From UHGV virus genome UHGV-0211926: a DNA stretch of 6,463 nucleotides; one strand, given 5' to 3'. The notes beneath the pieces were generated by a model. The model searched no databases. It was not told the origin of the DNA and saw nothing but the letters and a program-made list of their open reading frames with translations. The position numbers and the translations under genes were made by a program. Shown here piece after piece: positions 6,392 through 6,463 of the stretch. The stretch comes from a virus. Positions within the stretch are counted from its first letter, which is position 1, and each line of letters begins with the position of its first letter.

Positions 6392-6418
6392 TAACATTTT
6401 TAAATGTTATTTAACATT
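6392..6418. repeat. Three alternating copies of TAACATT forming two overlapping inverted repeats
   Basis: TAACATT (6392-6398, +), AATGTTA (6403-6409, -), TAACATT (6412-6418, +). Confidence 0.7.
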
Positions 6419-6424
6419 ATATTC

Positions 6425-6455
6425 TTTGGAATTTCATAATAAAATGCTAACTTTA
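6425..6455 (+). promoter_or_regulatory. Putative Bacteroidetes-type promoter reading across the circular junction into ORF 19-294
   Basis: TTTG (6425-6428), 19-nt spacer, TAACTTTA (6448-6455; one mismatch to TAnnTTTG); directly downstream of the VP2 terminator. Confidence 0.6.
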
Positions 6456-6463
6456 CATACGTA

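Larger units (their letters stand above)
1..6463 (+). mobile_element. Microviridae ssDNA phage genome (Alpavirinae/Bacteroidetes-microvirus-like), probably complete and circular
   Basis: Carries the microvirus core trio (VP4 HUH Rep, VP1 capsid, VP2 pilot), all on one strand, in ~6.5 kb with no host genes. The promoter at 6425-6455 would read across the end/start junction into ORF 19-294. No terminal redundancy is visible, so circularity is inferred. Confidence 0.93.

Overview
The window looks like an essentially complete, probably circular, ~6.5 kb ssDNA phage genome of the family Microviridae, most like the Bacteroidetes-infecting Alpavirinae-type (BMV-like) group. All credible genes are on the + strand: small ORF (19-294), a ~420-nt non-coding region packed with hairpins, small ORF (713-907), HUH rolling-circle replication initiator VP4 (920-2518), small ORF (2505-2759), major capsid protein VP1 (2759-4609), putative scaffolding-like protein (4621-5073) and DNA pilot protein VP2 (5073-6332), then a strong intrinsic terminator. 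Two Bacteroidetes-type promoters (TTTG-N19/20-TAnnTTTG-like) point to a Bacteroidales host; one sits at the end of the window and reads across the junction into ORF 19-294, which supports circularity. The most interesting features are (i) an elaborate foldable element at 293-621 with three C-GAA-G triloop hairpins, a multibranch junction and mutually exclusive pairings, (ii) a triple TAACATT operator or dif-like half site at the terminal promoter, (iii) an apparently standalone accessory gene, and (iv) no recognisable lysis gene, with several +1-frame overprinted candidates. All assignments come from motif recognition by eye; no searches were run.
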